From NCBI GenBank assembly GCA_964652725.1, contig CAZZAU010000001.1:1-35109 (forward strand): 35,109 nucleotides of DNA, read 5' to 3'. This DNA comes from an uncultured Dehalococcoidaceae bacterium. Its GTDB lineage: Bacteria > Chloroflexota > Dehalococcoidia > Dehalococcoidales > RBG-16-60-22. The translations under genes and the position numbers were made by a program. This document shows, in pieces, positions 1-8,373 of this stretch (position 1 is the stretch's first letter; the number at the start of each line of letters is the position of its first letter). The notes under the pieces were generated by a model. The model did no database searches. It saw nothing but the letters and a program-made list of their open reading frames with translations, and was not told the DNA's origin.

Positions 1-55
1 CAAAGGCTACACACGCTCTCCAGGCGTGCCTGATAGGCCACTCCAGCACCTCTCC
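1..55 (-). tRNA. tRNA-Ser(GGA), 5' portion only (3' part lies beyond the left window edge)
   Basis: Reverse complement reads GGAGAGG-TG-CTGGAGTGGCCTATCAGG-CACGC-CTGGAGA-GCGTG-TGTAGCCTTTG. This gives an acceptor half, a Ser-type D arm, anticodon stem CACGC/GCGTG with loop CU-GGA-GA, and the start of a long variable arm. Confidence 0.8.
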
Positions 56-96
56 GCGGTCGGGTAATAAGGGGCGACAATATCTATATTAGCAAA

Positions 97-183
97 CGGA
101 GAGGGTGGGATTCGAACCCACGCTCCGCAAACGCGGAGACCGCTTTTCGAGAGCGGCACCATAAGCCTCTCGGACACCTCTCC
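97..183 (-). tRNA. tRNA-Ser(CGA), complete, no encoded CCA
   Basis: Reverse complement is GGAGAGGTGTCCGAGAGGCTTATGGTGCCGCTCTCGAAAAGCGGTCTCCGCGTTTGCGGAGCGTGGGTTCGAATCCCACCCTCTCCG. Acceptor GGAGAGG pairs with CCTCTCC, followed by discriminator G. Anticodon stem CCGCT/AGCGG has loop CU-CGA-AA. There is a long variable arm (CTCCGC/GCGGAG) and a T loop GGTTCGAATCC. Confidence 0.92.
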
Positions 184-288
184 AGCGGCCCACAAGGAAG
201 CCAAATCAGCTGCGCCAAGCGTTCCGGACGATGGACATAACTATCTCGCCAGCGATTCGGCTACTGAGCTGCTCAGATTTCCATAGCT

Positions 289-317
289 ATTATACCCGCT
301 TGATACCGCCTCGTCAA
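289..317 (-). promoter_or_regulatory. sigma70-like promoter facing the tRNA-Ser genes
   Basis: On the minus strand: TTGACG (312-317), 17-nt spacer, TATAAT (289-294). It lies about 100 nt upstream of the mature 5' end of tRNA-Ser(CGA) at 183. Confidence 0.45.
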
Positions 318-429
318 AGCGGAGCAGCGTCGGGTAAATTAAGGAAAGGCAGCAACTGGCGCTGAAAAAGGCGGAGTGATATGCTATCCTTGGTAGCGGG
401 TAGTGCTGCGCACTGCTTGTGAAGAGAAT

Positions 430-1671
430 ATGCAAAGTGTCAACTCAGCGTCCGAGCCGGCCAGCTTTCTGCTGAGCAGGGTAACCCTGCTTGTGCTGGC
501 CGGAATCTTGCTCGTAGCTGCGTGGAACGGATTGGTGGTCATAGTCATTTTGCTCGGTCTGGCCCTGTCCGCGGCGCTCCTTGCCCGCCTCTGGAGCCGG
601 TTAGCGCTTTCCGGTGTTGGCTGTGAACGGACGTTGAGTGAAGACCACGTCTTCCCCGGCGAGACTATCGAATTGAAGCTGCGGCTCACCAACCGCAAGC
701 TCCTGCCGTTGCCCTGGGTGCGGGCACAGCATTTCGTTCCGCAGCATATGACGGGGGAAGATACGGTCTCCGGAGAGGCTCCGGCCAGAGGCCTTCTGGA
801 GCACAGCGCTTCGCTCTTCTGGTACTCGGCGGTACGCTGGCGCCAGTCTCTGCGTTGTAACCGGAGAGGCTACTATCACCTCGGCGATGTTACCGTTACT
901 TCAGGAGATATCTTCGGCCTGTGCCAGCGCACAGGCGCCTATCCCTCGGCCGACAGTATCACCGTCTACCCGAAAATATACCCCCTGGAGCATCTCGGGC
1001 TGCCGTCCCTGGACCCCCTGGGCGAAAGGAAGGCAGAGAGGCGCATCTTTGAGGACCATACCCGTATCGTCGGAGTGCGGGACTACACCCCCCACGACAG
1101 CCTGCGGCATATCCACTGGAAGGCCAGTGCGCGCCATCAGAACCTGCAGGTAAAGGTGTTTGAACCCACCACGACGTTGAAAGTAGCCCTCCTGCTGGTG
1201 GTGGACAGCTTTGCCGGCGGTGAGCCTGATGATTTTGAGCTCGGTGTGAGCGTAGCCGCCTCCCTGGCCAGCCACGTTATCGAGACCAGGAACCAGGCCG
1301 GGCTGTATGCAAACTCCCGTCTCCCTGTATGGGAGGAAAGAGTGCAGCAGGCTCCGGGCGGAGGTCTCAAGCAACTGGTACACATCCTGGAAGCCCTGGC
1401 CCGCGTGACCTCCCAGCCGAGCGGGCCTTTTGATGCTTTCTTTACGGATATCTGCCGTTCCCTGCCCTGGGGCACCACCTGTGTCTTTATTCTGAATGAG
1501 GTGCCGGAGTATGCAGACCCGCTCCTGCTCCGGTTGAAAGAAAGCGGTTTCAAAACTGTGGTTATGCAAATCGGCAAGAACAAGGAAAACGGTTCTGGGG
1601 CGGTCGGCGCCTGGCACTTCATCGAACGACCGGGGCAGTTTATACAGCACGCTGGAGAGAACGCGTTATGA
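430..1671 (+). CDS. DUF58 domain protein (vWA-like partner of MoxR ATPases)
   Basis: ORF 403-1671. N-terminal hydrophobic helices and the motif VRDYTPHDSLRHIHWKASAR typical of DUF58. ATG at 430 is preferred over GTG at 403. The stop overlaps the next start (ATGA at 1668-1671). Confidence 0.8.
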   Translation: MQSVNSASEPASFLLSRVTLLVLAGILLVAAWNGLVVIVILLGLALSAALLARLWSRLALSGVGCERTLSEDHVFPGETIELKLRLTNRKLLPLPWVRAQHFVPQHMTGEDTVSGEAPARGLLEHSASLFWYSAVRWRQSLRCNRRGYYHLGDVTVTSGDIFGLCQRTGAYPSADSITVYPKIYPLEHLGLPSLDPLGERKAERRIFEDHTRIVGVRDYTPHDSLRHIHWKASARHQNLQVKVFEPTTTLKVALLLVVDSFAGGEPDDFELGVSVAASLASHVIETRNQAGLYANSRLPVWEERVQQAPGGGLKQLVHILEALARVTSQPSGPFDAFFTDICRSLPWGTTCVFILNEVPEYADPLLLRLKESGFKTVVMQIGKNKENGSGAVGAWHFIERPGQFIQHAGENAL

Positions 1672-3044
1672 GAGCAGGGCTGCTGAGAGGCATCCTGACT
1701 GCTTCTATCTTGATAATGGAAGCATCCTGGCTTTTTCTGCTCGTGTACCTGCTCAATGACCGGGGAACAGGCGGAGCCCTGAACATTCCCGGCCTGTTCC
1801 TGGTGTTCTTGCTCGCTTTCGGTGCGAACTGGCCGCTATCCCGGTATGGCTGGCCCCGGGGCTTAAAGGTTGTACTTAACATAATTATCTGGGGGATTGT
1901 CTCTTTGCTGGTCATCAAGTTCCAGATGTACGGGGCCTTCACCCTGGGTGACGTGCGCTGGTTGCAGTCGCTGGGAGAGGCCGTGGCCGGCATATTCCGC
2001 GGCATCAGTCCGGCAGTGGTGGCGCTCATCGGGTGCGCTATACTGTGGTGGTCCGGGCAGAGGCTGGCTTATATGAAGATAGAGTTTAGCACTTCGGTGC
2101 GGGAGTTCCAGTTCGGGTTGCTGGTGGTGCTGCCGCTTCTGTTCGTTGCCGCAGGGCTCGATGTTGACCTCGGTTACGCGGTGCCGGCCGTGCTGGTGTT
2201 CTTCTCTGCGGCGCTGCTTACATTATCGCTGGCGCATGCGCGGGAAAACCATCTTGCGGGTGGCGCGTTCGGCGGCAACTGGCTGGGCATCCTGTTAATG
2301 TGCATTAGCACGGTCCTCATTCTGGGGCTCATTGTCGGTTCCATCATAACGCCCGAACTGCTCCGCATGGCCGCGGCCGGTCTGATATGGCTGTGGAGTA
2401 TCCTGGTGAAAGGAATTGCCTTCATCGCAAGCCTGTTCCCGGCCCCCGATATGCCGGCCCCGGATACCGCGGTCCCGGACGCGGCTCCTGCGCTGCCGCA
2501 GGAGCCGGACTATTCAAAGATATTCGTATTGCCTGAGGTGGTGCGTAATGGTCTGCGTTATGGCTGGTACCTGCTTATGATAGGCTTCTTGCTGGTGTTC
2601 CTGTGGCGTGTCTCGGAGCAGTTCTTCGTCTGGCTGCGGAGAAGCCTGGCTGCAGCGTCCGGCGCCGAGTTCGAGCCGTTGCACGGGGCGTTCGGCGCTG
2701 ACATCCGGGCGCTGCTGGGAGGAGTTTTTGCCTGGTTCGCCGGGTGGCGGAGCCGGTTCAGAAGGCAGGTGGAGACGGAGCCCAGGGAGATTACCTCGGT
2801 GCGCCAGCTTTACCGGCAGCTTCTGCGGTGGGGGGGCAGAGGGGGCCTGCCCAGAGTGGCCAGTCATACCGCTGATGAATACCTGGCCGTCCTGCAGGAG
2901 AGGCTGCCCGCCTACGGGAGCGCCGCTCAATATATTACCGAGTGGTACGTGGTCAGCCGTTACGGTCACGTGGCGCCCTCGGCGGGTGAGATGGAGGAAT
3001 TGAAAAGGAGCTGGCAGCTGCTGAAGCAGCAACGCCTTGCATAA
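1668..3044 (+). CDS. polytopic membrane protein with C-terminal DUF4129-like domain
   Basis: 458-aa ORF with multiple hydrophobic helices, a Pro-rich linker (PAPDMPAPDTAVPD) and one more helix. The soluble tail ADEYLAVLQERLP...YITEWYVVSRYG resembles DUF4129. It sits between the DUF58 and MoxR genes. Confidence 0.65.
   Translation: MRAGLLRGILTASILIMEASWLFLLVYLLNDRGTGGALNIPGLFLVFLLAFGANWPLSRYGWPRGLKVVLNIIIWGIVSLLVIKFQMYGAFTLGDVRWLQSLGEAVAGIFRGISPAVVALIGCAILWWSGQRLAYMKIEFSTSVREFQFGLLVVLPLLFVAAGLDVDLGYAVPAVLVFFSAALLTLSLAHARENHLAGGAFGGNWLGILLMCISTVLILGLIVGSIITPELLRMAAAGLIWLWSILVKGIAFIASLFPAPDMPAPDTAVPDAAPALPQEPDYSKIFVLPEVVRNGLRYGWYLLMIGFLLVFLWRVSEQFFVWLRRSLAAASGAEFEPLHGAFGADIRALLGGVFAWFAGWRSRFRRQVETEPREITSVRQLYRQLLRWGGRGGLPRVASHTADEYLAVLQERLPAYGSAAQYITEWYVVSRYGHVAPSAGEMEELKRSWQLLKQQRLA
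2439..2483 (+). repeat. imperfect 15-nt tandem repeat x3 encoding a P-A-P-D type linker
   Basis: CCGGCCCCCGATATG / CCGGCCCCGGATACC / GCGGTCCCGGACGCG, read directly. It lies in frame inside the 1668-3044 CDS. Confidence 0.6.
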
Positions 3045-3060
3045 GCAACGGAGGTTTATA

Positions 3061-4032
3061 ATGGGGAAAGCATTGCAACCGGTGGATGTTTCCGGGATAG
3101 AGGCGGCTGCCGGCGCCCTGGTGGCGAACATAAACAAGGTTATCGTGGGGAAACGGGATGCCATCCATCTGGTCCTGGTGGCGCTTTTCTGCGAAGGGCA
3201 TGTGTTCATCGAGGATGTGCCCGGCATCGGCAAGACCATGCTGGCCAAATCCACCGCCAGATCGCTCGGCTGCAGTTTCAAACGAATACAGTTCACTCCG
3301 GACCTGCTGCCGTCCGACGTCACCGGCATTTACTACTTTGACCAGAAGAGCGCCGAGTTCCACTTCCGGCCCGGGCCGGTGTTCGCCAATATCGTGCTCG
3401 CCGATGAAATAAACCGGGCCACCCCCCGCACCCAGTCATGCCTGCTGGAGGCGATGCAGGAGCGCCAGGTGACAGTGGACGTCGAGACCATGAGCCTCCC
3501 CCGCCCCTTCATGGTCATCGCCACCCAGAACCCTGTTGAGCTCGAAGGCACGTTTCCGCTGCCGGAAGCCCAGCTTGACCGGTTCCTGCTGCGGGTACGG
3601 CTCGGCTATCCGGATTCCGACGAAGAGGACGCGATACTCACCCGGTTTCAGGAGACCGAGCAGCTGGATAGCCTGGAGCCCGTGGTGCAGGCTCCAGAGC
3701 TGGTTGAATTTCAGAAGCTATGCCGCAGGGTGTACGTGGAAGAATCGGTGCGCAGCTACATCATCGCCATCGTCAGGGCTACCCGGGAGCACAAGGCCGT
3801 CAAGCTGGGGGTCAGCCCGCGGGGCTCGCTCAACCTCTACCTGGCTTCGCAGGCTCTGGCGGCGGTCCGCGGGCGCAACTATGTTACCCCCGATGATGTC
3901 AAACATCTGGCAGCCCCGGTGCTCGCTCACCGCATCATGGTCAGGGCGGAGACGGGCATAAGAGGCCAGTCCGCCGAGCACATTTTGCAGGAGATACTGC
4001 TGACAGTACCGGTGCCCGTGGAAAAAATATAA
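3061..4032 (+). CDS. moxR: MoxR-family AAA+ ATPase
   Basis: Walker A DVPGIGKTMLAK, Walker B IVLADEINRATPRTQS, and TPDLLPSDVTG typical of MoxR. ATG at 3061 is preceded by GGAGG (3050-3054). The ORF opens at 3037. Confidence 0.9.
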   Translation: MGKALQPVDVSGIEAAAGALVANINKVIVGKRDAIHLVLVALFCEGHVFIEDVPGIGKTMLAKSTARSLGCSFKRIQFTPDLLPSDVTGIYYFDQKSAEFHFRPGPVFANIVLADEINRATPRTQSCLLEAMQERQVTVDVETMSLPRPFMVIATQNPVELEGTFPLPEAQLDRFLLRVRLGYPDSDEEDAILTRFQETEQLDSLEPVVQAPELVEFQKLCRRVYVEESVRSYIIAIVRATREHKAVKLGVSPRGSLNLYLASQALAAVRGRNYVTPDDVKHLAAPVLAHRIMVRAETGIRGQSAEHILQEILLTVPVPVEKI

Positions 4033-4035
4033 GGT

Positions 4036-4067
4036 AGCCGGGTAACTTTTGCTTCCGGCTTTCGTTT
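4036..4067 (+). terminator. possible rho-independent terminator after moxR
   Basis: AGCCGG (4036-4041) pairs with CCGGCT (4055-4060), followed by TTCGTTT. The stem is only 6 bp and the loop is 13 nt, so this is a weak call. Confidence 0.3.
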
Positions 4068-4160
4068 GCCACTCTGGCACTGACGCAGGCGCGATGCTCC
4101 GCCGCGGAGCCGGGAAAAATTTCCCCGTACTTTTGTTCCGGGTACTTCCTGTCACAATTA

Positions 4161-4189
4161 TTGACAAATGTCCTGAGAGCACTTATAAT
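4161..4189 (+). promoter_or_regulatory. consensus sigma70-type promoter of the first glycan operon
   Basis: TTGACA (4161-4166), exactly 17 nt, TATAAT (4184-4189). It sits in a 220-bp gap about 64 nt upstream of the GTG start at 4253, which has AGGAGG just upstream. Confidence 0.65.
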
Positions 4190-4252
4190 AGGCCAAATCC
4201 AAGCCAGCATGCTCTCTGAGACCTTTTTATCCGTGACCAGGAGGAAAGAATA

Positions 4253-5095
4253 GTGATTCAAACCAGGGATGCCGAGCAGGCCGATGGCTATTCGCTGAGC
4301 ATCGTCATTCCGGTCAAAGACGAAGCAGACCACATCGGAGACCTGATATCGAGAATCAAGGCCAGCATGAACGGGCATCCCTATGAGATAATAGTGGTCG
4401 ATGACGGGTCGAGGGATGGAACGGAGGAGGTTCTGGCTAAATACGGGGCTCTGGTCATTTCCCATCCAGAGAATCTGGGCAAAGGCGCAGCCATGAAGTC
4501 CGGGGCGGCCAGGGCCACGGGCGATATAGTGGTCTTTATGGATGGTGATGGCGCTCACGAACCACAGGATATTGCCCGGCTCATCGAGCCTATTCTGGAA
4601 CGGAAGGCGGATTTGGTGATCGGCTCCCGGGCATTGCCGGACTCAAGGGTGGTGGTCTCTCCGGGGGGGAGGAGGCTGTGCAACGCGCTGGCCTCCTTCA
4701 TTATTTCTGCGCTAATTTCCCTTCCCCTGCTGAGCTCCGCAGCATTAAAAGGCGTGGTCCGCTATGGCAACAACAATCATAACGGACACCATTCCGCCAA
4801 TTCGAACCACAACGGCAAACGCAAATGGATAGGTATCACTGACTGCACAAGCGGCCTCCGGGCCATAAACAGGGAAAGCTGGCACAAGCTGGGGCTCGTT
4901 TCTCAGGGTTTCCAGATCGAGGCTGAAATGATATATGAAGCGGCCAGGCACCGGCTTAGCATAGCCGAGGTACCCATCAGTTGCAACTGGGACAGCCGTT
5001 TCTCCCATCTTTCCGTGGTCAGAGATGGCCTGAAGACCGCCAATCTGCTCGCCAGGAAGCTGCTGAGAACGAACGGGGCAAAGCCGGCGAGTTAG
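4253..5095 (+). CDS. GT2 glycosyltransferase, DPM1/polyprenyl-phosphate glycosyltransferase-like, with a His/Asn-rich insertion
   Basis: SIVIPVKDEADHI, YEIIVVDDGSRDGT, NLGKGAAMKSG, VVFMDGDGAHEP, DCTSGLRAI and EVPISCNW follow the DPM1-like GT2 layout. GTG start follows AGGAGG. Confidence 0.8.
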   Translation: MIQTRDAEQADGYSLSIVIPVKDEADHIGDLISRIKASMNGHPYEIIVVDDGSRDGTEEVLAKYGALVISHPENLGKGAAMKSGAARATGDIVVFMDGDGAHEPQDIARLIEPILERKADLVIGSRALPDSRVVVSPGGRRLCNALASFIISALISLPLLSSAALKGVVRYGNNNHNGHHSANSNHNGKRKWIGITDCTSGLRAINRESWHKLGLVSQGFQIEAEMIYEAARHRLSIAEVPISCNWDSRFSHLSVVRDGLKTANLLARKLLRTNGAKPAS

Positions 5096-5169
5096 TCAGG
5101 CGCGGGTGCCTTTCCTGCCCCGGATATGGTAAAGTAATTTCTGTCCGCGGTTTACGTGTTTGCTTGTCT

Positions 5170-6135
5170 ATGGAAGCTAGCAGTCATCCCAGGATTTCAG
5201 TGATTATCCCGGTCAAGAATGCGGCTCGTACTATTGAGCAGTGCCTGGAGGCCCTGTTTGACCAGTCCCTCAAACCCCAGGAGGTGATTATCGTGGATGG
5301 GCACTCCACCGACGGCACAGTGGAGCGGGCAAAGAAATATCCGGTAAAGGTCTTCTACCAGGACTACGGTGCCGCGGGCGCGGCGCGCCAGATAGGACTG
5401 GAGCACGCTGAAGGCGAATTTGTGGCCTTTACCGATGGCGATTGCATTCCCGGCCGGGATTGGTTGCGCCATCTGCACGCCGGCCTCGGTGAAGGTATCA
5501 TAGGAGTCGGAGGAAGAATAGAGAACATCGGCGATGGCCTCTGGACACGCTCCGTCAACCTGGCCTTCAGTACTTTCCTGGGCAGCGGACGGTCGGTACA
5601 GGGACGGGCGTTTGCCAGTCAGAAGTACGTCAGAAGCATCAGCGGCTGCAACAGTATGTACCGGCGGGATGACCTGCTCAAAGCGGGAGGTTTCAATCCT
5701 GACCTGTCCGGCGCTGATGAAACCGAGCTGAATGCACGTCTGCTCAAGCACGGCAGGCTACTCTACGTGCAGAAGGCGGGCATCCTCCATGACCACCGGA
5801 GAGGGCTGAGGCAATTTGCCCGGAATATGTTCAATTACGGGGGCTGGCGAAGAGAGTGCGGGGTCTGGGACCTGCCCGTTATCCCGGCGCTGGCGGCACC
5901 GTTTCTGCTCCTCACTTTCATCGCCAGCCGGTGGCTTTTTCCCGGCCTGGTCGCTGCCTATCTGGTGCTGACCGGCATGCTGGGACTCAGGTTCGCCGTA
6001 AAGGAAAGGGATGTCCGTTTCCTCTTCACCATACCGGTAGTCCTCCTGGTAGAGCACTGCTGTTATATCCTCGGTTTCTGGAAGCAGACGGTGCGTCCGC
6101 GCAGGATGACGGCGGCCAACAGGCAAGGAACATGA
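5170..6135 (+). CDS. GT2 glycosyltransferase with C-terminal membrane helices
   Basis: ISVIIPVKNAARTIEQCLEALFDQS, EVIIVDGHSTDGT, AFTDGDCIP, then ADETELNARL...RQFARNMFNYGGW and hydrophobic C-terminal helices. ATG at 5170 chosen; the ORF opens at 4981 inside the preceding gene. Confidence 0.8.
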   Translation: MEASSHPRISVIIPVKNAARTIEQCLEALFDQSLKPQEVIIVDGHSTDGTVERAKKYPVKVFYQDYGAAGAARQIGLEHAEGEFVAFTDGDCIPGRDWLRHLHAGLGEGIIGVGGRIENIGDGLWTRSVNLAFSTFLGSGRSVQGRAFASQKYVRSISGCNSMYRRDDLLKAGGFNPDLSGADETELNARLLKHGRLLYVQKAGILHDHRRGLRQFARNMFNYGGWRRECGVWDLPVIPALAAPFLLLTFIASRWLFPGLVAAYLVLTGMLGLRFAVKERDVRFLFTIPVVLLVEHCCYILGFWKQTVRPRRMTAANRQGT

Positions 6136-7586
6136 ACGTACTCCTGGTTAACCCGCCCTTCAAGGGCAGGTTCTCCCGCACTTCCAGGAGTCCGGCCATT
6201 ACTCTGGGAGGCACCATCTACTACCCTTTCTGGCTGGCCTATGCCGCCGGAGTGCTGGAGCAGAACGGGTACAATGTGCGCCTGGTGGATGCTCCTGCCG
6301 ACGGACTTTCGGTGGAAGATATTATTGCCGGGGCGGAGCCGGCGCCGCCGCGGCTCATAGTGGTGGACACCAGCACCCCCAGTCTCCTTCATGATATCGG
6401 CGTGGCCGGGCGGCTTAAAGACCGCTTTCCTCGGGCCTTTGTCTTGCTGGTGGGAACACATCCTTCGGCCTTCCCCGAACAGACGCTGGCGATGAGCGAC
6501 CGCGTGGATGCAGTGGCTGTGGGCGAGTATGACCATACCCTGCGTGACCTTGCCGGCTGCCTGGAGAGGGGTGGTGACATGGAGGCAGTGGACGGACTGG
6601 TATTGCGGCGAAACGGCCAGGTGACACGCAACCGCCCCCGCGCTCTCATTGAAGAGCTTGACGAACTCCCCTTCGCCAGCGAGGTATACCGCAAACACCT
6701 GAACATCAGGAACTATTTCTTCGCCGCGTCCGATTATCCGATGGTGATGATTATCACCGGGCGGGGCTGTCCGTACAAGTGCTTTTTCTGCGTCTATCCG
6801 CAGACCTTTCACAGTCGGCGGTACCGGCCCCGTAGCGCCGCCAACGTGGTCGACGAGTTCCAGTACATTGCCCGGAACTTGCCGGAGGTAAGGGAGGTCG
6901 GCATAGAGGATGATACCTTCACCGTTGACCAGGAACGGGTCAGGGAGATATGCCGCCTGATAATCGAGCGGGGTATCAGGCTCAAGTGGTACTGTAATGT
7001 GAGGGTCAATCTGGGGCTGGAGACGATGCGATGGATGCGCAAGGCAGGCTGCCGTCTGGTCACCGTGGGCTTTGAGAGCGCGGACCAGGCGTCCCTCAAC
7101 CGTATGCATAAAGGAATAACGGTGGAGCAGATAAAGGAATTCGTGCGCAATACCAGGAAGGCCGGCTTGCTGGTACACGGCTGCTTTATGATGGGCAATC
7201 CCGGCGAGACCAGGGAGAGTATGGAGCAGAGCCTGAAGCTGGCAAAGGAGCTCAACTGCGATACGATGCAGTTTTACCCGCTGCTGGTTTACCCTGGGAC
7301 GGAGGCCTACGCCTGGGCGAAAGAAAGGGGCTACCTTATCTCAGAGAACTATGCCGATTGGGCAGACGAAGCAGGCATGTACCGCAGTCTGCTGGATATT
7401 CCGGGCCTCCCCCACGAGGAAATTGAGGCCTTTTGCCGGCGGGCCATCCGGGAATACTATCTGCGCCCCCGGTATATGGTGATGAAGCTGGGAAGCATGG
7501 TCAGGCACCCGGATGAAATCAGGCGTGTGCTGCCGGCGACGAGGACATTTTTCCAGCGCTATTTCAGGAAACCAGGGGGCTGCTGA
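6132..7586 (+). CDS. B12-binding domain radical SAM protein (class B rSAM, methylase-like)
   Basis: N-terminal Rossmann-like region MNVLLVNPPF...VRLVDAP...IVVDTST...LVGTHPS. rSAM cluster motif GRGCPYKCFFCVYP (CxxxCxxC). ATG at 6132 overlaps the stop of the preceding GT2 (ATGA). Confidence 0.85.
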   Translation: MNVLLVNPPFKGRFSRTSRSPAITLGGTIYYPFWLAYAAGVLEQNGYNVRLVDAPADGLSVEDIIAGAEPAPPRLIVVDTSTPSLLHDIGVAGRLKDRFPRAFVLLVGTHPSAFPEQTLAMSDRVDAVAVGEYDHTLRDLAGCLERGGDMEAVDGLVLRRNGQVTRNRPRALIEELDELPFASEVYRKHLNIRNYFFAASDYPMVMIITGRGCPYKCFFCVYPQTFHSRRYRPRSAANVVDEFQYIARNLPEVREVGIEDDTFTVDQERVREICRLIIERGIRLKWYCNVRVNLGLETMRWMRKAGCRLVTVGFESADQASLNRMHKGITVEQIKEFVRNTRKAGLLVHGCFMMGNPGETRESMEQSLKLAKELNCDTMQFYPLLVYPGTEAYAWAKERGYLISENYADWADEAGMYRSLLDIPGLPHEEIEAFCRRAIREYYLRPRYMVMKLGSMVRHPDEIRRVLPATRTFFQRYFRKPGGC

Positions 7587-7635
7587 TTTGTTTCTGCAGC
7601 GGGGGAAGAAAGGTGGGAAGAAATGGACGAAACCG

Positions 7636-8373
7636 ATGGAACATAACTGGCAGCGGGGCGCTATCAGCAAGATAGTACGAAACATCTGGCAGAGCACCGA
7701 TGCCGAGAACAGAAGAACCGTCCTGAGCCTCTTTGAGAAAAGCAGCACGGCCAGGGTGGTGGACTTGGGATGCGAAGGAGGGAACTTCACCAGGAAACTG
7801 GGAGAGTACATCGGCAGTGGCGAGATATACGGAGTGGACAACCGGCTTGAATATGAAGCCGCCGCCCGGGATAACGGGGTGACCTTCTGCCTCTCCGACC
7901 TCAATAAGCCGCTGTCGCTCGAAAGTGAGCTGTTTGATGCGGCTCACGCCGGACAGGTCATAGAGCATTTGCCCGCCACCGACGTGTTCGTGAAGGAATG
8001 CTACCGCATACTCAAACCGGGCGGCTACATCGTTCTGACCACACCAAACCTGGCGGGATTACATAACATCATCCCCTTGCTGCTCGGAATGCAGCCGCTC
8101 AGCACCGATATAAGCAACGAGGTCTGGCTCGGCAACCGGTTCAGCCCTTACCAGGGTATGCGCCGTCCGGTGGCGGGCTATCAATATCATCTGAGGATAT
8201 TTACATATTCAGGCCTGAAGGAACTTTTCCGGTTTCACGGGTTCCGGGTGGAGAGTATGCTGGGGGCGGGCTTCTATCCCTTTCCGTCGAGTATGGCTCG
8301 GATCATGGCGCGGGTTGACCCCCGCCATGCCGCGTACCTGATTATTAAGGCACGCAAAGTATGTGCAATATGA
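7636..8373 (+). CDS. class I SAM-dependent methyltransferase
   Basis: Motif I VVDLGCEGGNF; post-I and motif II region AGQVIEHLPATD...LKPGGYIVLTTPN. First in-frame ATG after the rSAM stop; the ORF opens at 7513. Confidence 0.75.
   Translation: MEHNWQRGAISKIVRNIWQSTDAENRRTVLSLFEKSSTARVVDLGCEGGNFTRKLGEYIGSGEIYGVDNRLEYEAAARDNGVTFCLSDLNKPLSLESELFDAAHAGQVIEHLPATDVFVKECYRILKPGGYIVLTTPNLAGLHNIIPLLLGMQPLSTDISNEVWLGNRFSPYQGMRRPVAGYQYHLRIFTYSGLKELFRFHGFRVESMLGAGFYPFPSSMARIMARVDPRHAAYLIIKARKVCAI

Noticed and set aside
184-400. Possible SRP RNA or other structured ncRNA next to the tRNAs (AAGGAAGCC and TCCGGA fragments)
   Set aside because: The conserved SRP domain IV motif (GGUCCGGAAGGAAGCAGCC-like) is not present on either strand, and I could not fold a convincing conserved structure by eye.
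7-698. Small minus-strand ORFs 7-204, 241-435 and 384-698
   Set aside because: The first is made of the two tRNA-Ser genes. The others lie in the tRNA leader or antisense to the DUF58 gene, and have no start context or motif.
1-4252. tRNA-Ser-flanked genomic island hypothesis for the glycan cluster
   Set aside because: No integrase, transposase, phage gene or direct repeat of the tRNA 3' end was seen. A housekeeping-looking MoxR operon lies between the tRNAs and the cluster. Only the 8.36-10.8 kb sub-block looks compositionally foreign.
4799-4810. AATTCGAACCAC inside the GT2 insertion resembles the tRNA T-arm sequence GATTCGAACCCAC (109-121), which could be an att-site remnant
   Set aside because: Only about 9 contiguous matching bases, located inside a CDS. 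There is no integrase and no longer direct repeat of the tRNA 3' end anywhere in the window.
4981-5169. N-terminal extensions of supplied ORFs (4981-5169, 5856-6131, 7513-7635, 21216-21275, 29478-29621, 3037-3060)
   Set aside because: The extensions overlap the preceding gene or lack homology-like sequence. Internal ATGs coincide with the beginning of the conserved domain, with Shine-Dalgarno sites, or with ATGA overlaps.
5096-5169. Promoter or terminator in the 74-bp gap between the two GT2 genes
   Set aside because: No TATAAT-like box with a plausible -35. The only inverted repeat (CGCGG / CCGCG) would enclose a loop of about 40 nt.
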